Below, piece after piece: positions 49,417 through 63,132 of a stretch of 64,000 nucleotides of DNA. Position 1 is the first letter of the stretch. Each line of letters opens with the position of its first letter. The stretch lies in NCBI GenBank assembly GCA_973895155.1, contig OZ316896.1, positions 10,675,525-10,739,524 of the forward strand, written 5' to 3'. This DNA is from Marsupella aquatica. Its lineage: Eukaryota; Plantae; Marchantiophyta. The notes below the pieces were generated by a model, which had not been told where the DNA came from, ran no database searches, and saw nothing but the letters and a program-made list of their open reading frames with translations. The position numbers were made by a program, and so were the translations under genes.

Positions 49417-51242
49417 CCCTTCCTCTTCAATTCTTGTTTCTCCCTGTCACTCAGAGCGGTATGAGGATGTCGGGGGACACAGATGCCTCAAATTCACACT
49501 GCAGCGTGCGTGTATCAACCCACATGCACTCTCCTTAATTAAACAACCATTGGCACTCCTCAAGACCTGGTAATACCAGGTTACCATTTTTAGTTAAAAG
49601 TCTGCTTATGAAAGTAACAAAGTGGGTGGAAAGGGGTTACGTTACAGTGTTTGGAATTACAATGGTGGTTCAAGGCTTATATCCGGACTGGACAATAGGA
49701 CAAAGTCCAGAGTACCTATGGAGGTACCCAATGATGTTGATCACGACAAGGATCCAAGCAATCTAGTGAATGGAATTCATTGAAATCTTTCAAGGCAGAA
49801 AAGGAGAAGTCCGCTGACCATTCCTTACATGAAAACTGAGTACTCTGCATGAGTCTTTGTATAATGCTTTTCAGCTAAGGGTAAGTCCCATTGGTGCGAA
49901 GTGCAAACTCTGAGAACACTTCTCATTCACTTCGAACATTATTGAAGTAGAAACTGGGAAGGAATAGACACAAACAAGAGATTCCAGCAAGTCTGGGCTC
50001 AAAGCCAAGTTTCTCCTTGTGTCCCCCACATGAGTCGAGCATTCCATTGCACTTGATTTCAAGACAAACAGCATGTCCACGACTTAAATAAGCAGGTGGT
50101 CCCCTATACAGCAGGATTTTCGTGGACTTCCTAGTCAGCCAACCCGACTTAATAAATGTTTTGAAAATCAACTCGTTGAATGGGCAGTTATGACGATTTC
50201 GTGTGTACTACCACCGAATCGCTGCCATCTTCCAAGGTAGTTAAAGCTCCATACCCGCAAACACCATCATCCTGAAGCTCGACGTGTGAAAAAGGACGGA
50301 GCCCAGCCTTCCGCCTGGCCAGGTCCGAAGAGCACGCATCCCTTTCGCTCGCTCTCTGGGATGGGACGATTCAAGTTTAAGGGTTCACTTGAATGGGACT
50401 AGCTGGACTTGAAATTGGAAAGATCGTATGATTTCACGTACGTTCAATCAGTATTCAATTCTATTGTATTGACAGTTCGTTCCATGACAAATTTCTTGGC
50501 CCGAGCTCTGCAATTCGAGCCCTGTAGTACTTGCCACGACTGTGACCAACGCCCTAGCTAGTGCGACAAGTTGCACACTGGTGCCATTGTATAATCTGTT
50601 GACTCATCTTTGCTTTCAATATAACCTGCGCAAATCATCTTTGAATGGAGAAGGAATTGAACCCTCAACGAAGTTCCATAATCGACATTTACGCTTGTTA
50701 GTGGGCAAATTATGGGAGAATCATTGCGCGGTCGTGGAACCCCTATTCGTCACAATTCAATCGCCACCAAGAAACAAAAAGACCAACCTCCCTCCCTCCC
50801 TCCAATATTTGTGCACAACTGCCGATCGGGGACAATGATCTATTCTCGTTCCTTTCGGATGGAGTGATTTTGAATCTCGAGACGTTATTATCGAGACCAC
50901 CTGTTTCTGGCTGTGAATTTGGGTCTGGTCGTCAGCGTATCTTAAGTTGCGCTCTTAATTGAAAATCTCGTGCAATGAGAACAGGAACGAAAAGATCATC
51001 AGTCAGGGAAGAAAATTCTGGCTCGTTATTGAAAAGATGACCATGAATCGTTCTTATCCGTGCTTCTCCGACCCCTCCCAACCCTGTCATCACAGCTGCA
51101 TCATTCCACCCTACTTCGAAACTCATGCATTTGTGTGAGATCAGTTGACAATTGGGTGCTGAAGTCTCAAGTTTAAGTTTGATACGGTGTCTGGATTTGG
51201 AGAGGAGAGCAGAGGAGGGGACGATACACGTTGATTGCAAAG

Positions 51243-54200
51243 ATGTCGATGATGATGAATTTCAAGGATGACAACGCTGAGGAGTTTTTCTCAGGTAACA
51301 ATCTTCGGAAACACTCTCCAAAGGTCACAATCTGCCATTTTGACGACAACGCTGTAGGAATTGGCTAAGGGAGGACCTTGCCGGTCTGCCATGCCATTCT
51401 ATATATGATTCTTGCTTATCATTAGAGTGGAGAAATCCTTTCTGCTGGACGACAGCTGCGCCACCTTTCACACCCATTGCCTTCCTATACCACGCAGAAT
51501 CCTGCCAATTACTGGGGACTGACCATCTGGAACACAATTCACTAAGTTAGTAGTCTGAGGGTCGATTTGTTCGGTCCGATAGGCCTTCCTCTTAGCAAGA
51601 GTTCACATCTCATCAAGGTTGAGCGGTCATGGCTCCAACTCAAACAGGGCAGGCAGAATGACAACCTAAAATGAAGATTTCATAAGAACAGGAAGACAAA
51701 ATGCCAACCATGCTTTGACTGGCTGCTCAGAGGTTTACCATTCGCTCAGATCAGATCAGTTGCTCATTTAATTGCATACTTTTAAGAGCTGAGAGAAAGA
51801 GGCAATCTGTTGATAGAAACCTACATTTGTGCTGTAGACTTAGAGGCTTCTACTGTAAACACGGACATCGGAGCGGACCTTCACTATGAAGAAGTTGAGA
51901 TGGACACCGAAACTGAAGCAGAAGAAGACAATCAATCTGAAGATTTCGATGCCACCATGCGCTCCATACAGAAGCTGACATTTCTACTGGGTAGTATGAC
52001 GATTCCATGGCACCTTATCGTACTTCAATGAAGCTTAAACAGTTGTGTGCTATAATTGAGGAAGCCTACTTAAGACAAAGCCATTGTAGCTTAGAACAAG
52101 ATTTAAGATCCTCATCAGATCTGTCGTCTGCAACTAAACTATTGAAGTGGGCGATATCAGGGAAAACCAAGGGACTGGCAGCTGGCCATAGTACAAGCGT
52201 CAAGACGTATGGCGAGGTCATGGATGACTTCGTCCGGAATTTCTTGATTGCAAATGGTTGTGTTAAGACAGTGGAATGTTTCGAGGTAAATGGCTGCTTT
52301 GTGTGAGGTTGCTTCCAATCTTTTCATGGAAATCCGAATTGTGACAGAGGCTTGTACAAGATACCGGGCCAATTTTGAAACTGACTATACGCCTTCGGGG
52401 TGCTGGACGATTGCCTGATATTAGAGAAGAGAATCATACATTCTCATTGGCAACCATCCATAAATTTCCTGGTTTCAATGTATGCTCTAAGGCGTCCAAC
52501 CCTGGCATGAATGTTTTGCTTGTCGGGCAGTGAAGCATCTTAATTCTCTTGGCGTTGCTAATCACTCACGATACTATCATTCTTCTACACAGTGGATTCT
52601 TTAAGGTATTGAAATAGAGGCAACCTGAGCTATTGATCGGAGTGTCTCCACTATACCTTTGTTCGCAAAGTTCCCTGAAAGAGCCGAAAGGCAGGGACAC
52701 CTGACAAGTAATTCTTAAACATGGTCAAGATTCAGATTAATACGGTTTGTAGATTGATGCCAAGCCTCAAATATTCCCCACTGCCTTTACTTTGCAGCTT
52801 AGACATTGAATTCATGTATCTGCAGACAGAATGGTTTGAATTGAAAGAGAAGGGAAAACTTCTGGATAGCCAATTGGGACAACCACCAGATGAGTACACC
52901 CGCTCGTTGCAAATACAAGAGGTTCTCAGCAAAGTTAAGGACCAGTTGCAGCAAGCCACTGTTCTTGCACAGTACTTTCCCTCATTTTCTGCAAGTTTTG
53001 AGTTCCATCTTGGTTTTAAGTTGACAAGGGCCATCGATACCTACTGTTACAGCCGGATGAGGAAAAAATCTTGAAAGTAGCATATTAAAATCCATTCCTC
53101 TGTCTATGTGCCACTGAAGTTTTCATATTCGCTGTCATGTGAAGTACAACAGAGAAATAGAGAATGCATAGCACAATTTTCACTAGTCATAGGCTCCTAA
53201 TGAGAATTGTTTCAGATTGCAGCTGCAGGCAAGAAATGACGGATAAATTTCGTAAGGAAAGAAATCTGCATCGCATGCATCACAACCGCATAGCCCAAGA
53301 GAAGAACAAGTTAATCACAGATTTAAAGGTTGAAATCTGGACGCCTCCACAAGCAAGTTACCGCTTTTGCAGTAAAGGTCAAGAAAAGGGAATCTCAAAG
53401 ACTCCTTTTCAGCATGGCTAAACTACTCCAGTGTGTTACCATTCTGTCTAATCCATGTGGACCACAGTGTGGAGTTGTGGATGTTGCAGTAAATAACCTT
53501 GAAAGGTCGTATCTAGGTCAAAATATACTCAGGAAAATTTGGAGCCCAAATGTACCAAAGTATTCAGTCGAAACTTGTTTCGTAGAAAGCAGTGCCGTGC
53601 ATCTGCAACTTTACCAGACACCCCCAATCCACAAATTGATTTATTCAAGGTTTCCACTTGTGAAGCCAGTTTGTGTCCGATATGTATAACTCTTGCCCTT
53701 AAAGGCACCAAGATTCTTGAAGAAATTTGTTAAAAAGAAGTTTAGTAATGAATTTCAGAAAAGCGCGACTGAAACTCCGTTCTTTGGTTGTTATGTAGAG
53801 ATTACAAAGACACTACGCCAAGTATGAACCTGTTATTACCACACTGAAACACAAGTATGAGAGCGCAGTTCGTGCGAAGGCAATGTTGGCATTAGAACGT
53901 GACAAACTTCAAACAATGGTGACCCCTTGCTCAGCTCATGTTCCAGACCCTAGTTAGCTAACAGAATGAAAACGGAATTTGATATGGCAAATATATAAAG
54001 TAAATATTCATTGAGATGATTCTCCACTGTTCAAGAAATACAATTAGGTCTGCAAGGGAGAGATATCAAAAAGCACCTCCCTAAACGGCCATGACCAAAA
54101 AAACATTTGTTTCGTAAACACTGTTACCCACACTATATGCAGTAAAGAGTGTACTTCATTGGAGACTTCCCAGTACGGAAACTCTTCTTGAAAGATTTAC

Positions 54201-57200
54201 TCATGAGAAATTCTTCTAAAAGGTATGGTACTGTATCTCATGTCATTATCTTCGCATGAAGTTTCAAGTTAACTCTTCATTTCAATGGCTATGCAGGTTG
54301 ATAGGGCTGGTCTCAATAAACAAGATGAAACAGAGTCTGTAGCATCAAAAGAAGCTATTCCTGAGCCTCCACCACTTTATATGGGAAAGCCTGATCCTCT
54401 TGTCATGGTTCGACCAGATAGAAGAACAATCATTGACAATACGCCCAAACCATCAAATGTTCAGAAGTTCACCTTAAAAAGGACATTCAGGGGCCATTCC
54501 GTGTCGGTAAGCAAGTAAGTTTCTGCGGGGAATCAATCACACTCTCGGCTGTCCAATGAGTTCCTCAAAAGGATTTCGAAGACCAATTCTGAAGTTTTTG
54601 GACCGTATTGGTCTAGCTTGCCGAATGATAAGAATAGTGGATTCCAAATAACAAATGGCTATATTCAGTAGTCTACCCTGTCAATAGCAGCAGTACCTTT
54701 TGGTGTAATTCGCAAGGATTAAACAAGTATCTGCCTATGAGTAAACCTAGTAAGGAGATTTTCCTCCTCAAGTTTTTGGCAAGCAATTCCATCGATTACC
54801 TCCAAAGGCTGGGAGAAGCTTCCGTTCAATCTGTTTGGCAAGGCTGGCCGAGCGGCTATAACCTACAGTACCCACAAATTATTGCAACTCTCACAATGTC
54901 TGCGTTCCTCTGCCTTAGACTAAATTTGTTCTTTAGACAGATGCATAGCTATTTCCTCAAAAGTTGGCTTGAGTGTAATGCTTGTGATTGCAGTCTCGTT
55001 ATACACCCGAAAAAGCCAGTGGTAGTAACTGCCTCGGATGATGCCACATGGCGGATGTGGGCATTGCCAGCTGGAGATCTAATTATGACAGGTGAAGGGC
55101 ATAAAGACTGGGTAGCGGGCCTCAGCTTGCATCCAAGGTGCACTCCAAATCAATTGTAGATCTTCCAGACTTCATTCTTATCCTTTTTATGTCCAAAGCA
55201 TTTTTGTAATTGTTAATGTAATTGCAAGATACACCTGTTCTCTAGAGAATACGGACCAGAAAGAATTGAGGAAATGCGAGCATCATTACAAAGCTAGAAC
55301 AATTGTAGACCTTGATAACTTAACAAAGCTATACAATTGTTGTACTGAAGGTTTTGACAGCAATGCAACTTTTGTTACTCCAGTGGGATGCAGTTGGCGT
55401 CATCATCTGGTGACTGCTCAGTAAAAATTTGGAGTTTTGAGAAAGCTCGATGCATTCACACATTTTCTGACCACACTCAGGTCCATAGATGCTCCAATAC
55501 AAACCTGTGTTGTGCGCACTGAGGCTTGTTACTTACCCCACAAGAGAAACTAAAGTCTGTTCAGACTTTTGTTGAGCTTCACAATCCTTCATCCAATATT
55601 CTCTTTTCCTTCAGAGCTTCAATGTCAAAGCAAGCATTGGATCAATACATTTAAACCCCCTAAACAAACGAGGAAATATTAGAGAAGACTCTTGTTTCAA
55701 GATCGGTTAGACGAAAGAGTTATATATATATGTACGTCGCTTCGAAACATTTGTACATCTGGAATCTTTCCATTCATTCATTCGTATATGGTTTGTTCAG
55801 GCAGTATGGGCAGTGGCATATCATGACAGTGGAGCCGTCCTTGGAAGCTCTTCCCTTGATCACACGTCCCGTATCTGGGATCTGGAAAGGTGGTCCCTAC
55901 CTGAATCCTTTCTGTGATATTCTGACTCGCAATAAATTTGTGAGGGGAGTGCTAACACTCTATAACATATTTAGCTTTAAGTTCTGCTATCAGACAGCTA
56001 CAAATATGCAAGCAGGCCATCATCCGATTCCAGACACTGTATGAAGGTCATGGGTCTCCAGGCATGTGAGGGCTAGCAATCATTCATGCTAACAAAATGA
56101 AATCCTTGTTTGCATTTATGGTTATTTGATCACAGTATGCTCTCTTAAGGAAAGATCTTGTAAGTTGTACCGTACATCCCTGAGAAAGGATATTCAATTT
56201 GCATGAGAGGTTACGGTTCACATTCTGCTCAAATTAAAAATTATGCAGGTGGCAAGGCAGTTACTATTGTTGAAAGTGGGATAAGGGAAAAACTTTGCAC
56301 TCGGAGCATTAATGGCTGATACTGTTTGTCGTTGCTCACAGTAATTAAAGATGCCTGAAACTAAGCAATTCACATCGGTATGGCCTCCGTTGTTTTGGAA
56401 CAGCATGAAGTGTCGAGGAACTCTGAGGGGCCATGTGGATTCTGTGAACTCGGTGGTTTGGCAGTCTTATAGCAGTATTCTATGCAGTTCTTCCAGCGAC
56501 AAGACAGTCAGTTTGTGGGATGCGCGTAATGCCCTTTGTGTTCAAACATTCTACGGTCATGACGCTTCCTGCAACCATGCCACATTCAACCCAAGGGTAC
56601 AAGATCTCTCGAACGCATGAAGAATGCCTGATGAATTTGATTTCCCTGTTAAAACGATAGTTTTGGATTACAAAGATCATATTCTCAATGAAAGGATGGT
56701 TTCATTATCGAACAGCATTCCCAATATGAATCCTGGAACTGTCAGACTCATACACGAGGATGCAAAGGATCGAAATCCTATATCACGGACAACTAATTGA
56801 GTCTTGGTCCTTGTGTTACAGGGTTCCATGATAGCCTCTGCAGACGCAGATGGTGTGGTGAAACTCTGGGATGTGCGCAAAGTAATGGAAAGTAGTACTA
56901 TTAACGTGGGGCCACATTCTGCAAACAAATGTTGTTTTGATGGGAGTGGAACCATGCTTGCCATTGCGAGCAACGACGGCCATATCAAATGGTGAGTTGC
57001 AAATGCAGTAATGAAAGTATCAATTCGTCGGTCTACCTTCACTCTTTAGAATGAAACAAATCTTATCTCTTCCATGGTAGACACAGGGGTCTGATTTTCA
57101 CAAGCATGACAACATCTCCTAGAACTCTGATGAGAATAGCCTCTCGTATGGTAATGTCTGGATCGTCTTGGCCTGATCTACATTTCACACTGCTAGTCGG

Positions 57201-57397
57201 ATAGCACACGTCTACAAATTATTGATTGAGTTAATAACATATGTATAATCACTTGCAGCTTCCGAGTGGACGGAGATGTTGTGCCTGTCAACGATCTTCT
57301 GGGGCATGAGGGGTCTGTCCAAGCTTTAGTGTTCGACCCTAATGGAAAGTTTCTGATATCTGGTGGCTCTGATGGTACTTTTCGAGTCTGGGCATGA
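51243..57397 (+). CDS. SPAG16: Axonemal central-pair WD40 protein PF20/SPAG16; multi-exon
   Basis: DLHYEEVE..., [11 protein letters not shown]...ECFE|[34 protein letters not shown]|[11 protein letters not shown], then WD40 repeats (TFRGH...[57 protein letters not shown]). GT-AG junctions are consistent. Confidence 0.92.
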
Positions 57398-58286
57398 TTC
57401 TTAATTTGCCGATAAGCTTTTGTAAATTACCAGAATACGAAATATCAGACCTCTTGCACACGGCGTTGCCAGATGCATGGTAATGCGCTTTGTATAGTGG
57501 ATTAACTAGAAAAGTTCATTCCTGGGTTTAATAGACCGAAAGCCATGTTTTATAATCATATTGTGCCTTCCTGAACTCCGTATGGCTTTTATAAAGTTGT
57601 AACAAATCGATCTAATCCAAGAATGACCTAAATCAGCAATATCACTACGTTCGTACAGGCTCTAGACCTGCAATTCTCTAGCTAACATTCTGGATATCCA
57701 AAGAGGTTGTTGCAAACTTTTTCATCGAAAGTCCCGGCCAGAGTTGAGCCTTGGCAGGAGATGTTCACGTTGGGCACAAGACCAAGACTCTGGTAGTTTT
57801 TCTGGGAGCTGCAACGTATTTCTACAGTACCATTCTGTGTAAAAGGGTCTGTTCGATAAGGAAAATTGAAAATGCACACAAACTTAGGCATCTTGGCACA
57901 AACCTATCCAGTCTATGTGAACAAATTCAGAGACAAATTCAGGTGTACATGACATAGTCGCTGCAACTTCACTGAGTTGTTGATAACGGTCACCAGTGTG
58001 AAACCCTGTAGATTTACGAATCCCGAAATCCGTCGTGCACTATGACAAATATCTCTCCTAGTGACTATTTCTAGCCATTGCTCAACTCTTGCCTATAATC
58101 ATTGCTATTTCCAGGAAGGCTTCCTTGTAAACAAGAAAATCCCAACGGATCTGTGCGTGGCCATTTGACTGTGCAATGCTCCTGACGTTTCAAAATTATG
58201 TGGAAAAGGGTCGAGCATGATCCCGCTACTTAGTTCCACCAGTTCACATGACTTGTTTGGCATGTGGGATAAATTAAACAGCATTA

Positions 58287-61200
58287 TTATTGTACAAGAG
58301 CAACCCCCTCAGTTGACGTTGTATCATTTGACAGACTAGCTGCTTCACTTTCTACCTCAGGGGTTCGCGGAGCTGTATCAAGCCGGTGTATTGTAAAGTT
58401 GTGGTTTGTGTATATGCAGCAGTCGGCTGCGATCTTCATTGCCTTGAGCGCTGTTGTACAGACAGCCAAATTGTCAAACAAAGCACATAACCCCGCAAAG
58501 CTCAGCCAAGTTCAACCTAACGGACTACCTGACCGAGTTGGATTTGTTGGATCACAAGGGATGAAGCGTGAGATATATCTTTTGTAGTGTGAGCTCAATC
58601 ATACCCGACAGTGGGCTGCAGCTGAACGCCCACCCTGGCGCAATAGGCGCTCACAATTGGCTGAACATGGTGTGACCAATTGTAAGCATCGTAGCACCAG
58701 TTTAGTCTCTGCCCAGTTTTGGGTATGATTGAACTCACACTGCAAAATATACATCTCAACATTTTTTAGCTATTCAATTCGGTCTATAAATCAAACACTG
58801 ATCTTGAATCCTAGGCTTACAAACCAGAAGACTGCTCCGCATAAAATCAAGCTGAATGTAGTCATACCTATGGCCTCTGCATCCATATTTGGCAAGTCAA
58901 TAAGGGCTCGAGCAGCAGCAGATGCGTAAGAACCACCTGACCCGATGCCTGGCAAATCACAATTGGAAGCTGAAGTGTTTGTCCATAAAATTTTCTGCGC
59001 TGGAAAGGCACATGCTGCTTCGAGCCACTAAAAACTACACCCACGGCGATAGCAACATCATTTTCTCAGTAATCTAAAAGGTGCCTGGAGAAACTTCGGG
59101 TGTAGAGTTCTATGATGAATGTTCTACTCACTGACCTATAACACCGTCGTACGGCTCGAGCACATCGCCATTTCCTGTTATTGTCAATGAGATCTCTGCA
59201 TCTGCTACTACCATGACAGCCTGCATTAATAAAAGTCGACAATGTGAGCCTCGACGATCCCACAGGGCAGCCGTAGACTGACAGAAGGTATGGGCAAATC
59301 AGACTCATATTTAAGCACGAGGCGGCTCTAGTAGTATACTATCAGAGAGAAATCTCACATCAAGACGACGGAGATACTTGTCAGTGCGCCAAGCCTTGGC
59401 AAGCTCCACAGCCGCGCGTGTAAGCTGGTACGATGCAAAACAAATAAAGAGTGAGTTGCTAAGAAGAAGTGCTAAACTTTTGCCCTCAGTGCGAAATTCT
59501 TCATTGAAAGTTAACTTCACAAGCTGAGCTAGAACTGTATTCTTCTTTAACCTCCGAAAGATCACGAATCAGAGACACCCATTCACTGCCATGGTAATGA
59601 GATTGAGTTGAATTTAATCCTATGTGATACCTGTCCTGCATCAAAGACGAGAGAGAAACATAAATTTGATGATTTCAAAGGGTATTACAGTTTCTTATAA
59701 TAACCCAAGAGTCTTTTCGATGTAATCATTACAACTTTCACCAATATTGGAATAACTGTGGCAAGAAGGTCTACATAAACGATCTTAAAATCGGCAAAAA
59801 GTCATGATCGCAGACGCCTAGATTTACCAGGATGCTCCTCAAGCTTGCTCTCAAGCCTTTCAAATAGAGTGAAAGAGTCTGCTGTTGCACCTGGCCATCG
59901 CAAGTGTTTATGGGGTCAGAATTTCTTTCCAGGCAAGTAAGAGGAAAATAAGCAGCTGATACTTGCAGCCTTAAAAGATAGAAGGTGGAAAATCCCAGAG
60001 GAACAGCAACGAGAAAGCAGGAGGAAAGCACCACAGATGGCTAAGGTGGGAGGACACCGACCTGCAAAACCTCCAATGACTGAGTCACCAATTTTGCGGA
60101 CCTTCTTTACATTTGGCTTTATGATTTGTGAACCGAGGCTGACTTGCCCATCTCCGATGACAATCACCTTACCATCCTTGCGAACACAAAGAACCGTGGT
60201 ACCCATATAACTTGGACTGTTTGTGTATAACAAAGGGAAAGTCAGAAAACTTTCGAGTGTGTAAGGATGCACTTCGTGTCCAGAATCTATCTTACTTTGT
60301 TCTCAACCCATGTGCACGTAGCCTCACACCCTAGAAAGTCATCATCCCGACATCTTAAGCACCTTTGAAGCCTTCAGCAGAATCCAGGAACAGCTTGAAC
60401 TAATCCACATTTGTAACGGTGCGCAATATATTCATCACGTAGATTGGCACTAACCTGATCCTATCATGTGATCCCGAATGGTATGGATGTATAGAAAATT
60501 GCTTGTTAGATCCAGCTGTGACCACGGACAAGCCAAACGTCCCACATCCTGCAATTTTCGAAGTAGAAAATCTTAGCAAAAACAAACGCCACTCTCTCAG
60601 CTCTCCTAATTTACTTTTTGGGTCCTGTAAACCAAACCTTAAATTAAAGCAATCGATACATGCAACTTTGTGATGGGAAGGTGACTCCTCCTAACAAGGC
60701 AATTGATTTTTGTCAAGGGATTAGAGAATTCTCAAGTGCTGGAAGTATGCTCAACAAGCGAACACTAAACTATTTGGACGACACTTGATAGTTACAAAAG
60801 AGACGGACCAAGATACATACCATGAATCACTCGAATGATTCATGACACTACTTCAAACTTATCTTGGTCCATTCTTGCAGCCTTACAAAATAGGAAAACG
60901 GATTACAAAACACGTCTTCCTGAAACCCTAAATCCTGGTTAAACCCTCGCGGTCTGAGACGTAGGAGGGGCATTCTAATGTGAAGCCGGAGTTTCCTCAT
61001 CGTTTCTCGGCATTAAAACAATTATCTTCTGTAATGCAAGTCTACCGGAAAGGCCACAGGGGAGGCAAAACCCAAACATTCCATCCGCCAAGCTCGCATC
61101 CAACTCTGCTAGACACTCACCTACTGTTCTAACCTCGCTACCGATTGAAAACGATCGGTCCAGCACCATAGTGCAGTTCCAAAACAACAGGAGGCATTGC

Positions 61201-61592
61201 TTCTAAAGCATGATAGAGCGAATGTCTGGCTGGAAAACGAAATTATTCAAATCCAAGCTCAACAAAAGTTTAATCTCTCTCCACAATTGCGCTGTGACCA
61301 CACCCAGGTCTATCCATAATTCTACCTCGATTTACAACCATCAATCCAGCAGTCTCACAACGGCAATGAGCATTACGTGGTCTGGCTGATGGCAAGAGAC
61401 GTGAGTCCAGACAGACGAACATACAATTTCGGCTCCACAGTTGACAATTCTCTACTAATCAATGCACGAAGAGGAATCCGTGACCACAAGAACAAATGCA
61501 TAAGAGAGGGAGGCAGAGAGCGAAAGAGTACGAGATTGATGCTGCAAAAGTGGGCGAAGCAGCGCACTCGCCCGCCTACAGCTCTGCATCAT
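58287..61592 (-). CDS. hslV: ATP-dependent protease subunit HslV (ClpQ), putatively mitochondrial; multi-exon, N-terminal exons uncertain
   Basis: Mature N-terminal Thr motif G|[23 protein letters not shown], then VIGGFAG|[65 protein letters not shown] and [17 protein letters not shown]. Presequence-like [16 protein letters not shown] starts at 61592. Confidence 0.92.
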
Positions 61593-61699
61593 AGCCAGCG
61601 CCTCGATCGACAGAAGAGGACCACGGACGAAGAGAATCTCAGGTGGGAATGGGAAGGGAAAACACAAGGAAATCCTCCTCGTTCTTCAATTTCTTCTGC

Positions 61700-62740
61700 A
61701 TATTACATTGAAAAAGAACAAAAACTCCAAACCGAGGGACAGGTCCAAAGGCAAGGCAAAGCAACCCAATAAAGGGTTGTTGTGACTCTTATTGGGTTCA
61801 TTTGTACTATGTTTGGCCCTTCCTGTAAAAAGTTTGTATTTCCACTTAAATTAAAGGGAAGCCCATAGAAGACTGAAGAGGCCCAACAAGCCAAGGAGTC
61901 CCTCACCCAAAAGGGAACAACCAACCAAAGATTCCACTAGGCAGCCTAGAAGACTAAACACCCTAGTGAGCACAGCACTTAAAAATCTGGTAGAGCTCCG
62001 GAGTAAAAGACACACGAGTATCACGAAGTGGAATCTGTCCAGAGGCCCTACAACCAATCGCCTCTATTTTACGAAGGATAGTGAATGCCTGAGCCCTTTG
62101 AAGTGTCATTCGCACCCTCTGTCTGAAGTAGACGTGAGGATATAGAGAGGGGGAATAAGATCTTTACTCAATAGAAAAATTCGCACAAGCTCTAAGATAC
62201 TGATCAAAGGTAGGGTACAGTGCACCAAAATCCCCTAGAGCAAAAGGGTAGAACAAATCCCTAAAAAGGATGTAGTTAATAATATGTGTCACACTTCCCA
62301 AAGAACAAAAAGCTCCAAACTCGGAGCCCAAAGACCCAATAAAAGGGAGAGAAAACAAACCAGGAACACCAACCAGCCCAAGAGTCCCCTTACAATAGCA
62401 AAGGAACTAAGGCCCTACTCACCATCAAACTCAAAAGCCAGGTAAAATTCAAGAGTGAACTCATAGGAGGGTCACTAAGAAAAAATTGTCTAGGGGCCTT
62501 AAAACCAACCGCCACTCTCTCTCTCCAAATAAAAGTGAATGTCTGAACCCTCTCTACACTAGTGTGAAAGACACCCACCTACTGAAGAAGGTAGTGAGAG
62601 TAGAAGCTGGGCGAGAAGGCCTACCCTCTATGCCAAAGACCACGTACTGTGCTTCTATGAAACGGTCAAAGATGGAAGAATTTGTCTAGAGGCCCTAAAA
62701 CCAAGAGCCTCTACCCTTCCAGGAATAGTGTGTCACCTGC
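61700..62740 (-). mobile_element. Decayed retroelement-like/dispersed repeat immediately upstream of hslV
   Basis: A/C-rich + strand like other LINE 3' ends here, with internally repeated modules (AAAATT.GTCTAG.GGCCCT.AAACCAA...). Core GGATAGTGAATGC.TGAGC is shared with ~22650. Confidence 0.4.
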
Positions 62741-62791
62741 TTATCAAACGATTTACACGACAAATATCTATTTCCTCCTACTAAAATCATT

Positions 62792-63132
62792 TGTTATCGT
62801 ATGACGAGAACGTGGAGGGACGCTATTCGGATTCTATTGCATGTAGGATGAGTATGTTTATTTCCGCTCCTGGAAATATAATTTTTGATCAAGTCTACCG
62901 ACTAGCCTCTCTGCTTTTGATCAAGTCCCATGGACTACGCCACACACCCTTCTGCTAGTCGCTGGTGGAGTGCTGTCACCACCCCTCCTACTCACATGGT
63001 TGACCAATCCGTGCAAGGATTCCTTAGACACTTCTTGGGGAAAGAACACAATCGTGAAACAGAAAAGATAACGCCACACCAAAACTTAAGGAATCAAACC
63101 AAATCCATATCTTTTGGTAAAAAGTCGTAACA
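62792..63132. mobile_element. Possible solo LTR (~340 bp)
   Basis: Bounded by TGTTA...TAACA inverted ends. Flanks CATT/TATT give only an imperfect TSD. Confidence 0.3.

Noticed and set aside
49650-50350. Small independent gene between LPA1 and SPAG16
   Set aside because: Only short ORFs without motifs; more simply explained as UTR, intron or promoter sequence of the flanking genes.
58649-58687. Hairpin ACAATTGG...CCAATTGT in the last hslV intron
   Set aside because: Only an 8-bp core stem with no snoRNA boxes; compatible with chance.
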